Of a DNA stretch of 64,000 nt, positions 47,258-55,953 are shown piece by piece. The notes under the pieces are model-generated. The model saw nothing but the letters and a program-made list of their open reading frames with translations. It did not search any database and was not told the origin of the DNA. Each line of letters begins with the position of its first letter. Position 1 is the stretch's first letter. The position numbers were made by a program, and so were the translations under genes. The DNA comes from an uncultured Deferribacteres bacterium (GTDB lineage Bacteria > Zhuqueibacterota > Zhuqueibacteria > Zhuqueibacterales > Geothermadaptataceae). The stretch covers positions 11,892 through 75,891 of the forward strand of contig CAXHAT010000008.1 in assembly GCA_964014485.1 (NCBI GenBank). Reading direction: 5' to 3'.

Positions 47258-47336
47258 ACAAATCGGTTGATTTTTTGCGTCGTATCCTTAAATTACCCCG
47301 CTCGAGATTTGACCGATCTAAAATGGAGAACACACA

Positions 47337-47537
47337 ATGGCGAAAGCAACTTCTTTTCAAGCAAAAATAGCGAAAGGTTCTTCGCAACGTTCAGCGAAAA
47401 TGTGCCCCAAGTGCGGAGAAGCGTTACAAGCGGTAAAATTCGTGACTTCAGAGCGTTCGGAAGTAAAAAGCTCCTGGAAATTCAACCAGCGCTTCATCGA
47501 AGTTTGCAAGTGTAATGAACAAGAAGTCTATTCCTAA
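47337..47537 (+). CDS. Small basic Zn-ribbon protein, possibly related to DUF4295 / bL38
   Basis: GGAG RBS; MAKA.SF..K start; CPKC...CKC; Lys-rich. Confidence 0.6.
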   Translation: MAKATSFQAKIAKGSSQRSAKMCPKCGEALQAVKFVTSERSEVKSSWKFNQRFIEVCKCNEQEVYS

Positions 47538-47565
47538 ACTCGGTTCCCTCTAATGAGGTCATAAT

Positions 47566-47838
47566 TTGGTATTAGGACGTGTTATCGGAACTGTCTGGGC
47601 GACGCGAAAAGACGAAAGCCTGACGGGGATGAAATTGCAAATTGTTCGCCCTGTGGATCTGGATTATTCGGAGAAGCAGGGCTTTCTTATTGCCGTTGAC
47701 GTTGTCGGCGCTGGCGTTGGTGAAAAAGTGATTGTCGTTCAGGGAAGTTCTGCGCGACAAACGGATTTGACGACTCAAAAACCAGTCGACGCCGCCATCA
47801 TTGCCATCATCGATAAACTTGACGTTGAGAAAGCCTGA
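47566..47838 (+). CDS. Bacterial microcompartment vertex protein (BMC-P, EutN/CcmL)
   Basis: LGRVIGTVWATRKDESL.G.KL, AVD.VGAGVGE.V...GSSAR, PVDAAI.AIID. Confidence 0.92.
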   Translation: MVLGRVIGTVWATRKDESLTGMKLQIVRPVDLDYSEKQGFLIAVDVVGAGVGEKVIVVQGSSARQTDLTTQKPVDAAIIAIIDKLDVEKA

Positions 47839-48116
47839 TGTATTTGGCGAAAGTCATTGGTACGATCTGGGCGACTCAAAAATACGCGTCGTTGGAAGGC
47901 GCGACAATGCAATTGATTCAACCGCTCAAAGCCGATGAAACCAAGGAAGGCGGTCCCATCGTCGCTATAGACACTATTGGGGCGGGCGCCGGAGAGACGG
48001 TTGTTTACATCACTGCGCGCGAAGCGGTGATTCCGTACCCCGTCGAAATGGCGCCGATTGACGCTTCGATCATCGGCATTGTTGACAACATAGACGTTTA
48101 CGACCAGACAACATGA
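47838..48116 (+). CDS. Second, divergent BMC-P (EutN/CcmL)
   Basis: MYLAKVIGTIWATQK, AIDTIGAGAGE.V....AREA, PIDASIIGIVD. Confidence 0.9.
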   Translation: MYLAKVIGTIWATQKYASLEGATMQLIQPLKADETKEGGPIVAIDTIGAGAGETVVYITAREAVIPYPVEMAPIDASIIGIVDNIDVYDQTT

Positions 48117-48715
48117 AAATCCTTCTCGCCACAAAGAACAAAGATAAAGTTCGGGAGATTCGCGCCGCCCTTTCCGGTTTGAACATCGAAGTATTAAGCG
48201 CCGCGGACATGCCGGAGTTGCCGGACGTGGAAGAAGACGCGCCGACGCTCGAAGGGAACGCACTCAAAAAAGCCGAAACGATTTTTAAAATAACCCAAAT
48301 CCCCTGCGTCGCTGATGACACGGGCTTGGAAGTCGAAGCTTTAAACGGTGCGCCGGGCGTTTTTTCAGCGCGCTACAGCGGGCCCAATGCGACTTATCAA
48401 GACAATGTGAATAAACTTTTACACGAAATGCGGGACGTCCCAAGCGACAACCGAAAAGCCAGATTCCGGACTGTGATGGCTTATACCAGCGAGTCCGGCA
48501 GTCAGACAGTGGAGGGCGTTTGCGACGGACGCATTACAACAGCGCAACGCGGCAATAACGGCTTTGGGTACGACCCGGTTTTTGAAGTGGGGAAGACCGG
48601 TAAAACGCTCGCCGAAATGCCGCTTGAAGAAAAAAATAAGATCAGTCATCGCGGGCGTGCAATTCGCGAAATCGTCAGTCTTTTTGAGCAGGAATTGGGT
48701 GGAAATAAATCTTGA
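48113..48715 (+). CDS. rdgB: Non-canonical purine NTP pyrophosphatase (Ham1/RdgB)
   Basis: LATKNKDK, ADDTGLEV.ALNGAPGVFSARY, GFGYDPVF, KNKISHRGRA. Confidence 0.93.
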   Translation: MKILLATKNKDKVREIRAALSGLNIEVLSAADMPELPDVEEDAPTLEGNALKKAETIFKITQIPCVADDTGLEVEALNGAPGVFSARYSGPNATYQDNVNKLLHEMRDVPSDNRKARFRTVMAYTSESGSQTVEGVCDGRITTAQRGNNGFGYDPVFEVGKTGKTLAEMPLEEKNKISHRGRAIREIVSLFEQELGGNKS

Positions 48716-48740
48716 CATTCAGTACCCCAGCGGTTATATT
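48712..48740 (+). promoter_or_regulatory. Sigma70 promoter of the tRNA cluster
   Basis: TTGACA-N17-TATATT. Confidence 0.7.
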
Positions 48741-48775
48741 TCGCGTCTCATTTTTAAGGCGGTAAGCCTAAATAT

Positions 48776-48849
48776 CGGGGCATAGCGCAGTCCGGCAGCG
48801 CATCTGCTTTGGGAGCAGAGGGTCGCAGGTTCAAATCCTGCTGCCCCGA
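48776..48849 (+). tRNA. tRNA-Pro(TGG)
   Basis: Acceptor CGGGGCA/TGCCCCG; anticodon arm TCTGC-TT-TGG-GA-GCAGA; GTTCAAATC T-loop. Confidence 0.95.
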
Positions 48850-48886
48850 CTTTGGTTTCAAGGAAATTGCCTTGAAGCTGGGACTT

Positions 48887-48960
48887 GCGCCAGTAGCTCA
48901 ACCGGATAGAGCAACGGCCTTCTAAGCCGTAGGTTGGGGGTTCGATTCCCTCCTGGCGTA
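48887..48960 (+). tRNA. tRNA-Arg(TCT)
   Basis: Acceptor GCGCCAG/CTGGCGT; anticodon arm ACGGC-CT-TCT-AA-GCCGT. Confidence 0.95.
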
Positions 48961-48988
48961 CTCAGCAAAACGTTACGTTTTCTGATAT

Positions 48989-49067
48989 GGTGGGCGTAGC
49001 TCAGTTTGGTTAGAGCACCTGGTTGTGGCCCAGGAGGTCACGGGTTCAAGTCCCGTCGTTCACCCCA
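48989..49067 (+). tRNA. tRNA-His(GTG)
   Basis: G-1, acceptor GTGGGCG/CGTTCAC, C discriminator, encoded CCA; anticodon arm CCTGG-TT-GTG-GC-CCAGG. Confidence 0.95.
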
Positions 49068-49086
49068 AATTTTTGAATAAAAAGTC

Positions 49087-49115
49087 TTGCTTTTTTTGAG
49101 CATCGTCGCTATAAT
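49087..49115 (+). promoter_or_regulatory. Sigma70 promoter for tRNA-Glu
   Basis: TTGCTT-N17-TATAAT. Confidence 0.65.
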
Positions 49116-49131
49116 TGCGATCTCATTTTAT

Positions 49132-49203
49132 GGCCCCTTCGTCTAGTGGTTAGGACTCAGGACTTTCATTCCTGCAACAGGGGTTCGAACCCCCTAGGGG
49201 TCA
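49132..49203 (+). tRNA. tRNA-Glu(TTC)
   Basis: Acceptor GGCCCCT/AGGGGTC; anticodon arm CAGGA-CT-TTC-AT-TCCTG. Confidence 0.95.
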
Positions 49204-49210
49204 TAAAATT

Positions 49211-49243
49211 AAGCCGTGCAGGCATTGCTTGCGCGGCTTTTTT
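49211..49243 (+). terminator. Rho-independent terminator after the tRNAs
   Basis: AAGCCGTGCAGGC-ATT-GCTTGCGCGGCTTTTTT. Confidence 0.75.
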
Positions 49244-49345
49244 ATTTTGGTAAAAAAGTTTGTGATAAAGCGTTTTTACAGCCTTATATCTTTGCATAGA
49301 TTATTGCTTCGGACGGAGGAATCAATAGCAAAGCGGGAGAACAAA

Positions 49346-50959
49346 ATGAGGCAAAACGCTTTTATTCGAACGGTCGGCTTGACGATTTTGGGGGTCGTGC
49401 TAATCGGGGGGAACGCATGCTTTTCCGGCGAAAAAACAGACAAAAAACGCTTCCGCTTTGAAATTTCCTTTCCCGCTTCTGTCAGCAAAACGCCGCTAAC
49501 GGGCAGGATGTTTTTGATCTTCTCTCATCAAGATAGCATTGAACCGCGGCTTCAGGTTGGCAGATACGGCCCGCAGCTTTTCGGCGTCGATTTCGAGGAA
49601 GTCTCACCCGGCGAACCTGTCGTTATCGACGAAACGACGTTGGGCTACCCCTACGAAAGCCTTCGCGATCTTCCCGCGCGTGAATATAAAATCCAGGCGG
49701 TGCTGAACAAATATTCCAAATTCGAACGCGCCGACGGCCACGTGCTCTGGATGCACGATGATCAATGGGAAGGACAGAATTGGCGGCGGTCGCCTGGAAA
49801 TGTTTACAGCGACGTCCAAACGATCAATCTAGGGGCTTCCAAGAAAGTCGCTCTGAGCATCGAAACGTCGCACGTGATTCCTGCGATCAAGACGCCGAAG
49901 GACTCGAAATGGGTCAAAAGCTTCAAGATCAAGAGCAAATTATTAAGCGAATTTTGGGGCAGCCCCGTCTATCTCGGCGCGACCGTCCTTTTGCCGAAAA
50001 ACTACTCCGAAAATCCTGATCGCCAATACCCGACGGTTTACGAACACGGCCATTTTTCATTGCGTCCCCCATTTCGTTTTGGCCGGGACAGCACGCTTAC
50101 TCGCGCCTGGACTGCCGGGGAAACGCCGGAACTCGTTGTCGTCACCATCCAGCATCCAACTCCTTATTTTGATGATTCTTATGCCGTTAATTCGGTCAAC
50201 AACGGTCCTTACGGCGACGCCATTCATCAGGAACTCATCCCGGAAATCGAGCGACGTTTTCGCGTCATTCCGGAGAGTTACGCTCGCGTTTTAACCGGAG
50301 GCTCAACGGGAGGTTGGGAGGCCTTCGCTCTACAAGTTTTCTACCCGAATTTTTATGGCGGGACATGGGCGTTTGCGCCAGATCCGCTCGATTTTCGCAA
50401 TGTCGAAGGGATCAATATTTACAAAGACAAGAATGCGTTTTATAAGGAACACGAGTGGTACCGCGTGCCGATAGCGAATACGCGCATTCACCCAACCGGG
50501 GAAGTGCGATTAACCTCGCGGCAACGAAATTTGATGGAATTGGTGCATGGCACGAAAGGCCGCTCCGGCCAGCAGCTTGACATTTGGAGCGCTGTGTTTG
50601 GGCCGGTTGGCGAAGACGGATATTTCAAGCCGCTTTTCAATAAACGCACTGGGGAAATTGATCCCGCGGTCGCGGATTATTGGAAGGAAAACTACGACCT
50701 GCGCTACCATCTCGAAAAGAACTGGAGCGAACTCGGCCCCAAACTCATTGGGAAACTGCACGTCATCGCCGGGCACATGGACAATTTTTACTTGAACGTC
50801 GGTGTGTATCACATGGAAGAATTTCTCGAGAGCACGACAAACCCGTATTACGCAGGTTCATTTACTTACGGCCCCAAAGGCGGGCATGGCTGGCGGCCGT
50901 GGACGCGCCCGGAATTATTAGATAGGGTGCATCAGCACATTCTCAAAAACACACCTTAA
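49346..50959 (+). CDS. Exported alpha/beta-hydrolase (putative esterase)
   Basis: Signal/lipoprotein-like N-terminus; ATVLLP, NNGPYGDA, nucleophile elbow GGSTGGW, terminal GHGW. Confidence 0.8.
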   Translation: MRQNAFIRTVGLTILGVVLIGGNACFSGEKTDKKRFRFEISFPASVSKTPLTGRMFLIFSHQDSIEPRLQVGRYGPQLFGVDFEEVSPGEPVVIDETTLGYPYESLRDLPAREYKIQAVLNKYSKFERADGHVLWMHDDQWEGQNWRRSPGNVYSDVQTINLGASKKVALSIETSHVIPAIKTPKDSKWVKSFKIKSKLLSEFWGSPVYLGATVLLPKNYSENPDRQYPTVYEHGHFSLRPPFRFGRDSTLTRAWTAGETPELVVVTIQHPTPYFDDSYAVNSVNNGPYGDAIHQELIPEIERRFRVIPESYARVLTGGSTGGWEAFALQVFYPNFYGGTWAFAPDPLDFRNVEGINIYKDKNAFYKEHEWYRVPIANTRIHPTGEVRLTSRQRNLMELVHGTKGRSGQQLDIWSAVFGPVGEDGYFKPLFNKRTGEIDPAVADYWKENYDLRYHLEKNWSELGPKLIGKLHVIAGHMDNFYLNVGVYHMEEFLESTTNPYYAGSFTYGPKGGHGWRPWTRPELLDRVHQHILKNTP

Positions 50960-51123
50960 AACCGCAAAACCGCCGCGCTCGTACGAGCCAAGCCGTTCTT
51001 TTGGCAGAGCTTCGTTCGGCGCAATCCGCTTGCTGAAACAGAGAATCACCGTATATTTCCACCCTTGTTTTAAAGGAAAAGCACATTCCAGCGCTTCAAG
51101 TTTTTGGAGCGCATGAACCTAAG

Positions 51124-51852
51124 ATGGAACTGACCATGTTGAAAAGCACCGCCTGCTATTTGATTGTAATCGCCTCGATCTTGACACTTGGCTGTCAACA
51201 AGAGCAGCCGCAACCGGAGCCGAAACAGGAAATCCCACCGACGGCGCATCCGAACTCCGCCGATTGGGACGATCTTTTTAACGCCGACCTCTCTAACGCC
51301 CAATACCCTGAAGGCATTTGGACTTTTGAAGAAGGCGTTTTAACAGCCACTGAAGATCAGAATATTTGGACAAGCAAAGATTACGACAATTTCATTGTCG
51401 ATCTCGAGTTCAAAACCGACAACGGCACCAACAGCGGGGTTGCCGTATACTGCACCGACATAAACGACTGGCCTTCCAATTCCGTCGAAGTGCAAATCAC
51501 GGACGATTTTGCCGAGCAGTGGGCGAACGCGCCGAAAACAATGCAATGCGGCGCCTTTTTTGGTCACAAGCCCGCCAGCAAGAGCCTTGTTAAAAAGCCC
51601 GGCGAATGGAACCGTTACACGATTACCTGCAAAGACAACATGATTTACGTCATGCTGAACGGCGAGCAGATCAACGAAATGGACATGACGTTGTGGACGG
51701 ACGCCAAAACCAACCCTGACGGCAGTGAGATTCCTTCACACTTGAGCAAGCCCGTTGCCGAACTGCCCACGCACGGGCGCATCGGTCTGCAAGGTAAACA
51801 TGCAGGAGCGCCGGTCTATTTTAGAAATTTGAAGATTAAGGTGATTGAGTAA
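51124..51852 (+). CDS. DUF1080 (3-keto-glycoside hydrolase/hydratase-like) lipoprotein
   Basis: Lipobox TLG-C; Y.NF..DLEFK, NSGV, EVQI.D, PGEWN, G.IGLQGKH...VYFRNLKI. Confidence 0.88.
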   Translation: MELTMLKSTACYLIVIASILTLGCQQEQPQPEPKQEIPPTAHPNSADWDDLFNADLSNAQYPEGIWTFEEGVLTATEDQNIWTSKDYDNFIVDLEFKTDNGTNSGVAVYCTDINDWPSNSVEVQITDDFAEQWANAPKTMQCGAFFGHKPASKSLVKKPGEWNRYTITCKDNMIYVMLNGEQINEMDMTLWTDAKTNPDGSEIPSHLSKPVAELPTHGRIGLQGKHAGAPVYFRNLKIKVIE

Positions 51853-51857
51853 ACTGA

Positions 51858-51881
51858 AGAGACGCGATGCATCGTGTCTCT
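51858..51881. repeat. Degenerate REP copy (AGAGACGCGATGCATCG family)
   Basis: AGAGACGCGATGCATCGTGTCTCT; matches 54912-54939. Confidence 0.7.
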
Positions 51882-51902
51882 ATCAACTTGCGGAGGGAGA
51901 AG

Positions 51903-53138
51903 ATGAAAAAGACGTTTTATTTTTTGGCCCTGGTTGCTGCTGCGTTTTTTATGAGCTGTGAGCCTGTAAGTGAACAAGCTGCATTAAGCCTCGAAGATTA
52001 TGCGGCGGTTCATGATCGCATTTTGACCGTTGACACACACATCGACTGGCCTTCACGGCAACTGCGTTCCCCGGATTTTGACCCGGGAAAACGCTATGAG
52101 CCGGGCGGCATGCAAAGCGGGCAATGGGATCTGGTTCGGATGAAAGAAGGCGGACTTGACGCAACCTTTATGTCAATCTACACCGGCCAACGCGAGCGTT
52201 CGCCGGAAGGTGATGAGGGTGCAAAGCAGCATGCACTCCAACTCATCGAAATCACCAACAAAATGGTCGCCGACTACCCTGATTTAGCGGAAATTGCCTT
52301 AACGGCGGACGATGCGTATCGAATTGAGAAAGCGGGAAAACGCGCTATTTTTATGGGCATGGAGAACGGCTGGCCGATTGGCAAGGACATTAAAAATGTT
52401 GAGATGTTTTACAATTTAGGCGTGCGCTACGTCACGCTTTCGCATTCAAGAAATAATGACATCGCCGATTCTTCTACCGATGATGAACTGGAGTGGGGCG
52501 GACTGAGTCCGTTCGGCGAAGAAGTGGTTCGCGAAATGAACCGCCTCGGCATGTTGGTCGATATTTCTCATGTGCATGACTCAACTTTTTACGACGTTAT
52601 GCGCATCACGAAAGCGCCCGTCGTTGCTTCACATTCCAGCGCCCGCGCCATGTGCGACCATCCGCGCAACATGAACGATGACCTGCTGCGCCTGGTCAAG
52701 GAAAACAACGGCGTGGTGCAGCTTTGTCTTTTGGGCAATTACATCAAACAGTTCCCGCCGAACGAGGAACGCGACGCGTTGCGACGAAAAGTGCGTTCAA
52801 ATTTTCGTCGATACGGCAGCGGCGAAATGAGCGACGAGGAAAAAGCGGAGTTTGAACAAAATCTGAGCGATCTCCGCAACAAATTCCCGCGCGCCTCGCT
52901 TAGCGACGCCGTTGACCACATCGACCACATGGTCAAAGTCATGGGAATTGATCATATCGGCATTGGTTCCGATTTTGACGGCGGCGGCGGCTTGGCGAAT
53001 ATTGATGACGTGAGCGAAATGCCGAATATTACCAAGGAATTGATCGCGCGCGGCTATAGCGAAGAAGATATTCGCAAAATTTGGGGCGGGAATCTGATGC
53101 GTGTGATGCGGGACGCGATGAAAGTTGCTGAGAAATAA
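51903..53138 (+). CDS. Membrane dipeptidase (peptidase M19) lipoprotein
   Basis: Lipobox FMS-C; DTHID, GMENG, EMNRLGMLVDISH, ASHS, GSDFDGG. Confidence 0.9.
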   Translation: MKKTFYFLALVAAAFFMSCEPVSEQAALSLEDYAAVHDRILTVDTHIDWPSRQLRSPDFDPGKRYEPGGMQSGQWDLVRMKEGGLDATFMSIYTGQRERSPEGDEGAKQHALQLIEITNKMVADYPDLAEIALTADDAYRIEKAGKRAIFMGMENGWPIGKDIKNVEMFYNLGVRYVTLSHSRNNDIADSSTDDELEWGGLSPFGEEVVREMNRLGMLVDISHVHDSTFYDVMRITKAPVVASHSSARAMCDHPRNMNDDLLRLVKENNGVVQLCLLGNYIKQFPPNEERDALRRKVRSNFRRYGSGEMSDEEKAEFEQNLSDLRNKFPRASLSDAVDHIDHMVKVMGIDHIGIGSDFDGGGGLANIDDVSEMPNITKELIARGYSEEDIRKIWGGNLMRVMRDAMKVAEK

Positions 53139-53184
53139 GAGAACAAAAGTTTTGCCTGAAAGCTGATACGACATCTTCATAGCT

Positions 53185-53964
53185 ATGCGCCTCTCCAACA
53201 AATCCATTGTCATCATTGGCGGTACAAGCGGGATCGGGCTGGCGGCGGCGCAAGCTTTTGTTGCTGAAGGTGCGAAAGTCGTGGCGTTAGGGCGGGATGA
53301 CGAATATTTGAGCGAAGCCGTAAAGTTTTTAAACGATCAAGGGCGCGTCCTGTCGGGAGATGCAACGAATCCGGAATCATCAAAAAAAGCGATTGCTTTG
53401 GCTCAGTCAACTTTCGGGGGCTTTGACGGACTTTATCACGTCGCCGGAGGCAGCGGCAGGTCTTTTGGCGATGGGGCGTTGCATGAGGTGACTGACGAAG
53501 GCTTGGAAAAAACGCTCTCGTTGAACTTCAATTCGCTGGTTTATTCAAACCGCGCCGCGCTTCAGGCTTGGTTGAAAAAGGGCCAGTCCGGCGTTATCTT
53601 GAATCTTGCTTCAGTGCTCGCGTTTTCTCCGTCTCCGAAATACTTTTCTACGCATATTTACGCTGCGGCAAAAGCGGCGATTATCGGCCTCACCACATCC
53701 GCCGCCGCGTATTATGCCGGCAAAAATATCAGGATAAATGCCTTGGCTCCGGGGCTTGTCGAGACGCCGATGGCGCAGCGCGCCGCCCAAAATCAGGAAA
53801 TCATGAAATTCACCAAATCCAAACAACCTTTGGACGGCGGACGCATCGGCGCAGCGACAGACCTTGTCGGCGCAGCAACTTTTTTCATGTCCGAAGAAGC
53901 AAAATTTATTACTGGACAAGTGCTTGGCGTCGACGGCGGCTGGTCTATCAGCGAAGGCGTTTAA
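53185..53964 (+). CDS. Classical SDR oxidoreductase
   Basis: GGTSGIG, YAAAK, NALAPG.VETPM, ITGQ.L.VDGG. Confidence 0.92.
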   Translation: MRLSNKSIVIIGGTSGIGLAAAQAFVAEGAKVVALGRDDEYLSEAVKFLNDQGRVLSGDATNPESSKKAIALAQSTFGGFDGLYHVAGGSGRSFGDGALHEVTDEGLEKTLSLNFNSLVYSNRAALQAWLKKGQSGVILNLASVLAFSPSPKYFSTHIYAAAKAAIIGLTTSAAAYYAGKNIRINALAPGLVETPMAQRAAQNQEIMKFTKSKQPLDGGRIGAATDLVGAATFFMSEEAKFITGQVLGVDGGWSISEGV

Positions 53965-53995
53965 ACATCAATTCAGAGGGAAGGCAATTTAAGAA

Positions 53996-54889
53996 ATGAG
54001 TTATGCAATCGGCGTCGATCTTGGCGGAACGCGCATCAAATTGATCGTTGTTTCTCCTGACGGCGCGGTGATCACGAAAAAAATCGACCAGACGGCTGAT
54101 GTTGGCGACGCTTCCTGGGCTGACAAAATCAAAAAGATGATTTCGGAAGCGGAGCGGGAACAAGGCAAAACCGCCGGTGCGGTCGGGCTCGCGGCGCCCG
54201 GGCTTGCAGCGCGAAATTTTCGCTCAATCATCTCAATGCCCGGTCGCCTTGAAGGACTTGAGCATCTGGATTGGACGGAATTTTTAGGACGGGAAAAAAT
54301 TTCAACGATGTTGAATGACGCTCACGCCGCTCTTATTGGCGAACATTGGCTGGGAGCCGCTCGAAATTATGATGATGCTATTTTGTTAACGCTTGGAACG
54401 GGCGTCGGCGGCGCGATTCTTTCAAACGGAAAATTAATGACGGGCCACATTGGACGCGCTGGACATCTTGGACACATTTGTTTGGACAAATCAGGCGAGC
54501 CGGACAATGTAAATACGCCCGGCAGCATCGAAAGCATGATTGGAGAGCATTCCATCCCTCAGCGAACGCGCGGCCTGTTTCCTTCTTCCAAGAAGCTTGT
54601 TGAAGCGCATCTCGCCGGTCATAAAAGAGCGACGGAAATCTGGCTGGAATCCGTTCACGCGCTTGCTTGCGCAATAACTTCATTTGTGAATATTCTTGAT
54701 CCGGAAGCAGTGATTGTCGGCGGCGGAATCGCACAAGCTGATGATGCGCTGTTCAAGCCACTGGCAAAATATATGGGTGAAATGGAATGGCGCCCGGATG
54801 GACACAAGGTCAAAATCCTGCCTGCTGAACTGAATGATTGGGCTGGGGCGTTTGGAGCGGCGCGATTCGCGATGACGTTTGAGCAATGA
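53996..54889 (+). CDS. ROK-family sugar kinase
   Basis: GVDLGGT, NDAHAA..GE, TLGTGVGG, AGHLGH, GGGIA; no HTH. Confidence 0.9.
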   Translation: MSYAIGVDLGGTRIKLIVVSPDGAVITKKIDQTADVGDASWADKIKKMISEAEREQGKTAGAVGLAAPGLAARNFRSIISMPGRLEGLEHLDWTEFLGREKISTMLNDAHAALIGEHWLGAARNYDDAILLTLGTGVGGAILSNGKLMTGHIGRAGHLGHICLDKSGEPDNVNTPGSIESMIGEHSIPQRTRGLFPSSKKLVEAHLAGHKRATEIWLESVHALACAITSFVNILDPEAVIVGGGIAQADDALFKPLAKYMGEMEWRPDGHKVKILPAELNDWAGAFGAARFAMTFEQ

Positions 54890-54911
54890 TTTGTTTAAAT
54901 TGTACGGCATG

Positions 54912-54939
54912 GTAGAGACGCGATGCATCGCGTCTCTAC
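54912..54939. repeat. Perfect 28-bp GTAG-type REP palindrome
   Basis: GTAGAGACGCGATGCATCGCGTCTCTAC. Confidence 0.8.
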
Positions 54940-54962
54940 AAATCTCTTTGCAACGAAAAATT

Positions 54963-55757
54963 ATGATTGAAAAAAAACCAACGTTCAACTATTTGGACAA
55001 GTGCCGAAGCCTTCTGCGCGCCGTTGAACGCCAAACGTCGAAAATTGAAAAGGCTGCGGATTGGTTTGCCGAGACCATCCTCGCCGACCGCATGGTGCAT
55101 CTTTTCGGCTCCGGGCACAGCCGCATTATGGTCGAAGAAATGTGGCCGCGCTACGGTTCATTCCCGGGATTTAATCCCATCGTTGAACTGTCGTTGACTT
55201 TCCATAATCCGGTCGTTGGCGCGAATGGCCAGCGTCAGGCGATGTTCATTGAAAATGTCAGCGGACTAGCCGCCCGGATTCTGCGAAATTTCGATTTGTC
55301 AAAGCAAGACTCCGCTTTGGTCATCTCGTCTAGCGGCTGCAACATTGTTCCGGTTGAAATGGCGGAAGAATTCAAAAAGCGTCAGATTAAAGTCGTTGCC
55401 ATTGTCACCGCAAAACACGCTGAAGTTAGTTCAAGCAAACACCCTTCAGGCAAAAAACTGGCGGATTTCGCTGACTTGGTCATTGATACAGGAGCCCCTG
55501 CCGGTGACGCAATGGTCAAAATCGACGATCTCGAGTCGCCCGTATCGCCTGGCTCAACCATTGGCGGCTGCATGATTGTCAATGCGCTCAAAGCCGAAAT
55601 TGCACAGAGACTAACAGCAGCAGGCGCTCCTCCAAAAGTTCTTACTGCGGCATGTCTTGTTGGCGCTGAAAAATCTACTAAACTCTTTGAATCGGCCTAC
55701 GACGAGCATGCGTATCGCGTGAGCAAGCTCTACGCAGGCTTCGGCCAGGAACGCTAA
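54963..55757 (+). CDS. SIS-domain phosphosugar-binding / isomerase protein
   Basis: VHLFGSGHS, ISSSG.N.VPVEMA, L.D.ADLVIDT..P.GDA, P.ST. Confidence 0.85.
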   Translation: MIEKKPTFNYLDKCRSLLRAVERQTSKIEKAADWFAETILADRMVHLFGSGHSRIMVEEMWPRYGSFPGFNPIVELSLTFHNPVVGANGQRQAMFIENVSGLAARILRNFDLSKQDSALVISSSGCNIVPVEMAEEFKKRQIKVVAIVTAKHAEVSSSKHPSGKKLADFADLVIDTGAPAGDAMVKIDDLESPVSPGSTIGGCMIVNALKAEIAQRLTAAGAPPKVLTAACLVGAEKSTKLFESAYDEHAYRVSKLYAGFGQER

Positions 55758-55807
55758 CACAGCAGGAAAAGAAAGCTTCGGTTGCCAATGTGTTTGCGAT
55801 CTTTTCG

Positions 55808-55910
55808 AAAAGTAACTTGGGAGTCAAATGCTTCAGCGTTTGTTTGGGCTGTTTTCAGTCACGAACGATGAATAAATCATCGCACTCTAACCAAAGGTTA
55901 CTCGGAAGCG
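55808..55910. repeat. Degenerate repeat related to 7179-7431
   Basis: AAAGTAACTTGGGAGTCAAATGCTTCAGCGTTTG vs AAAGTAACTGGAGAGTCAGAGACTTCAGCGTTTG (about 7397); GTTACTCGGAAGC vs the reverse complement of GCTTCTGAGTAAC (about 7179). Confidence 0.5.
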
Positions 55911-55953
55911 CTGCTCGTACCTAAAAATTCCCAACCCCAAAACTACTTTTGAT

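Noticed and set aside
48776..49203. tRNA cluster as an integration site of a genomic island
   Set aside because: I found no integrase and no duplicated tRNA 3' end in the window.
54879..54962. N-terminal extensions given by the ORF track for SIS (and similarly for ORFs starting at 16849, 51867 and 15632)
   Set aside because: The extensions translate REP or terminator DNA; downstream ATGs match the family N-termini or signal peptides.
55760..55950. SAM or cobalamin riboswitch upstream of the MetE-like gene
   Set aside because: No recognisable consensus; the sequence resembles the repeat at 7.2-7.4 kb instead.
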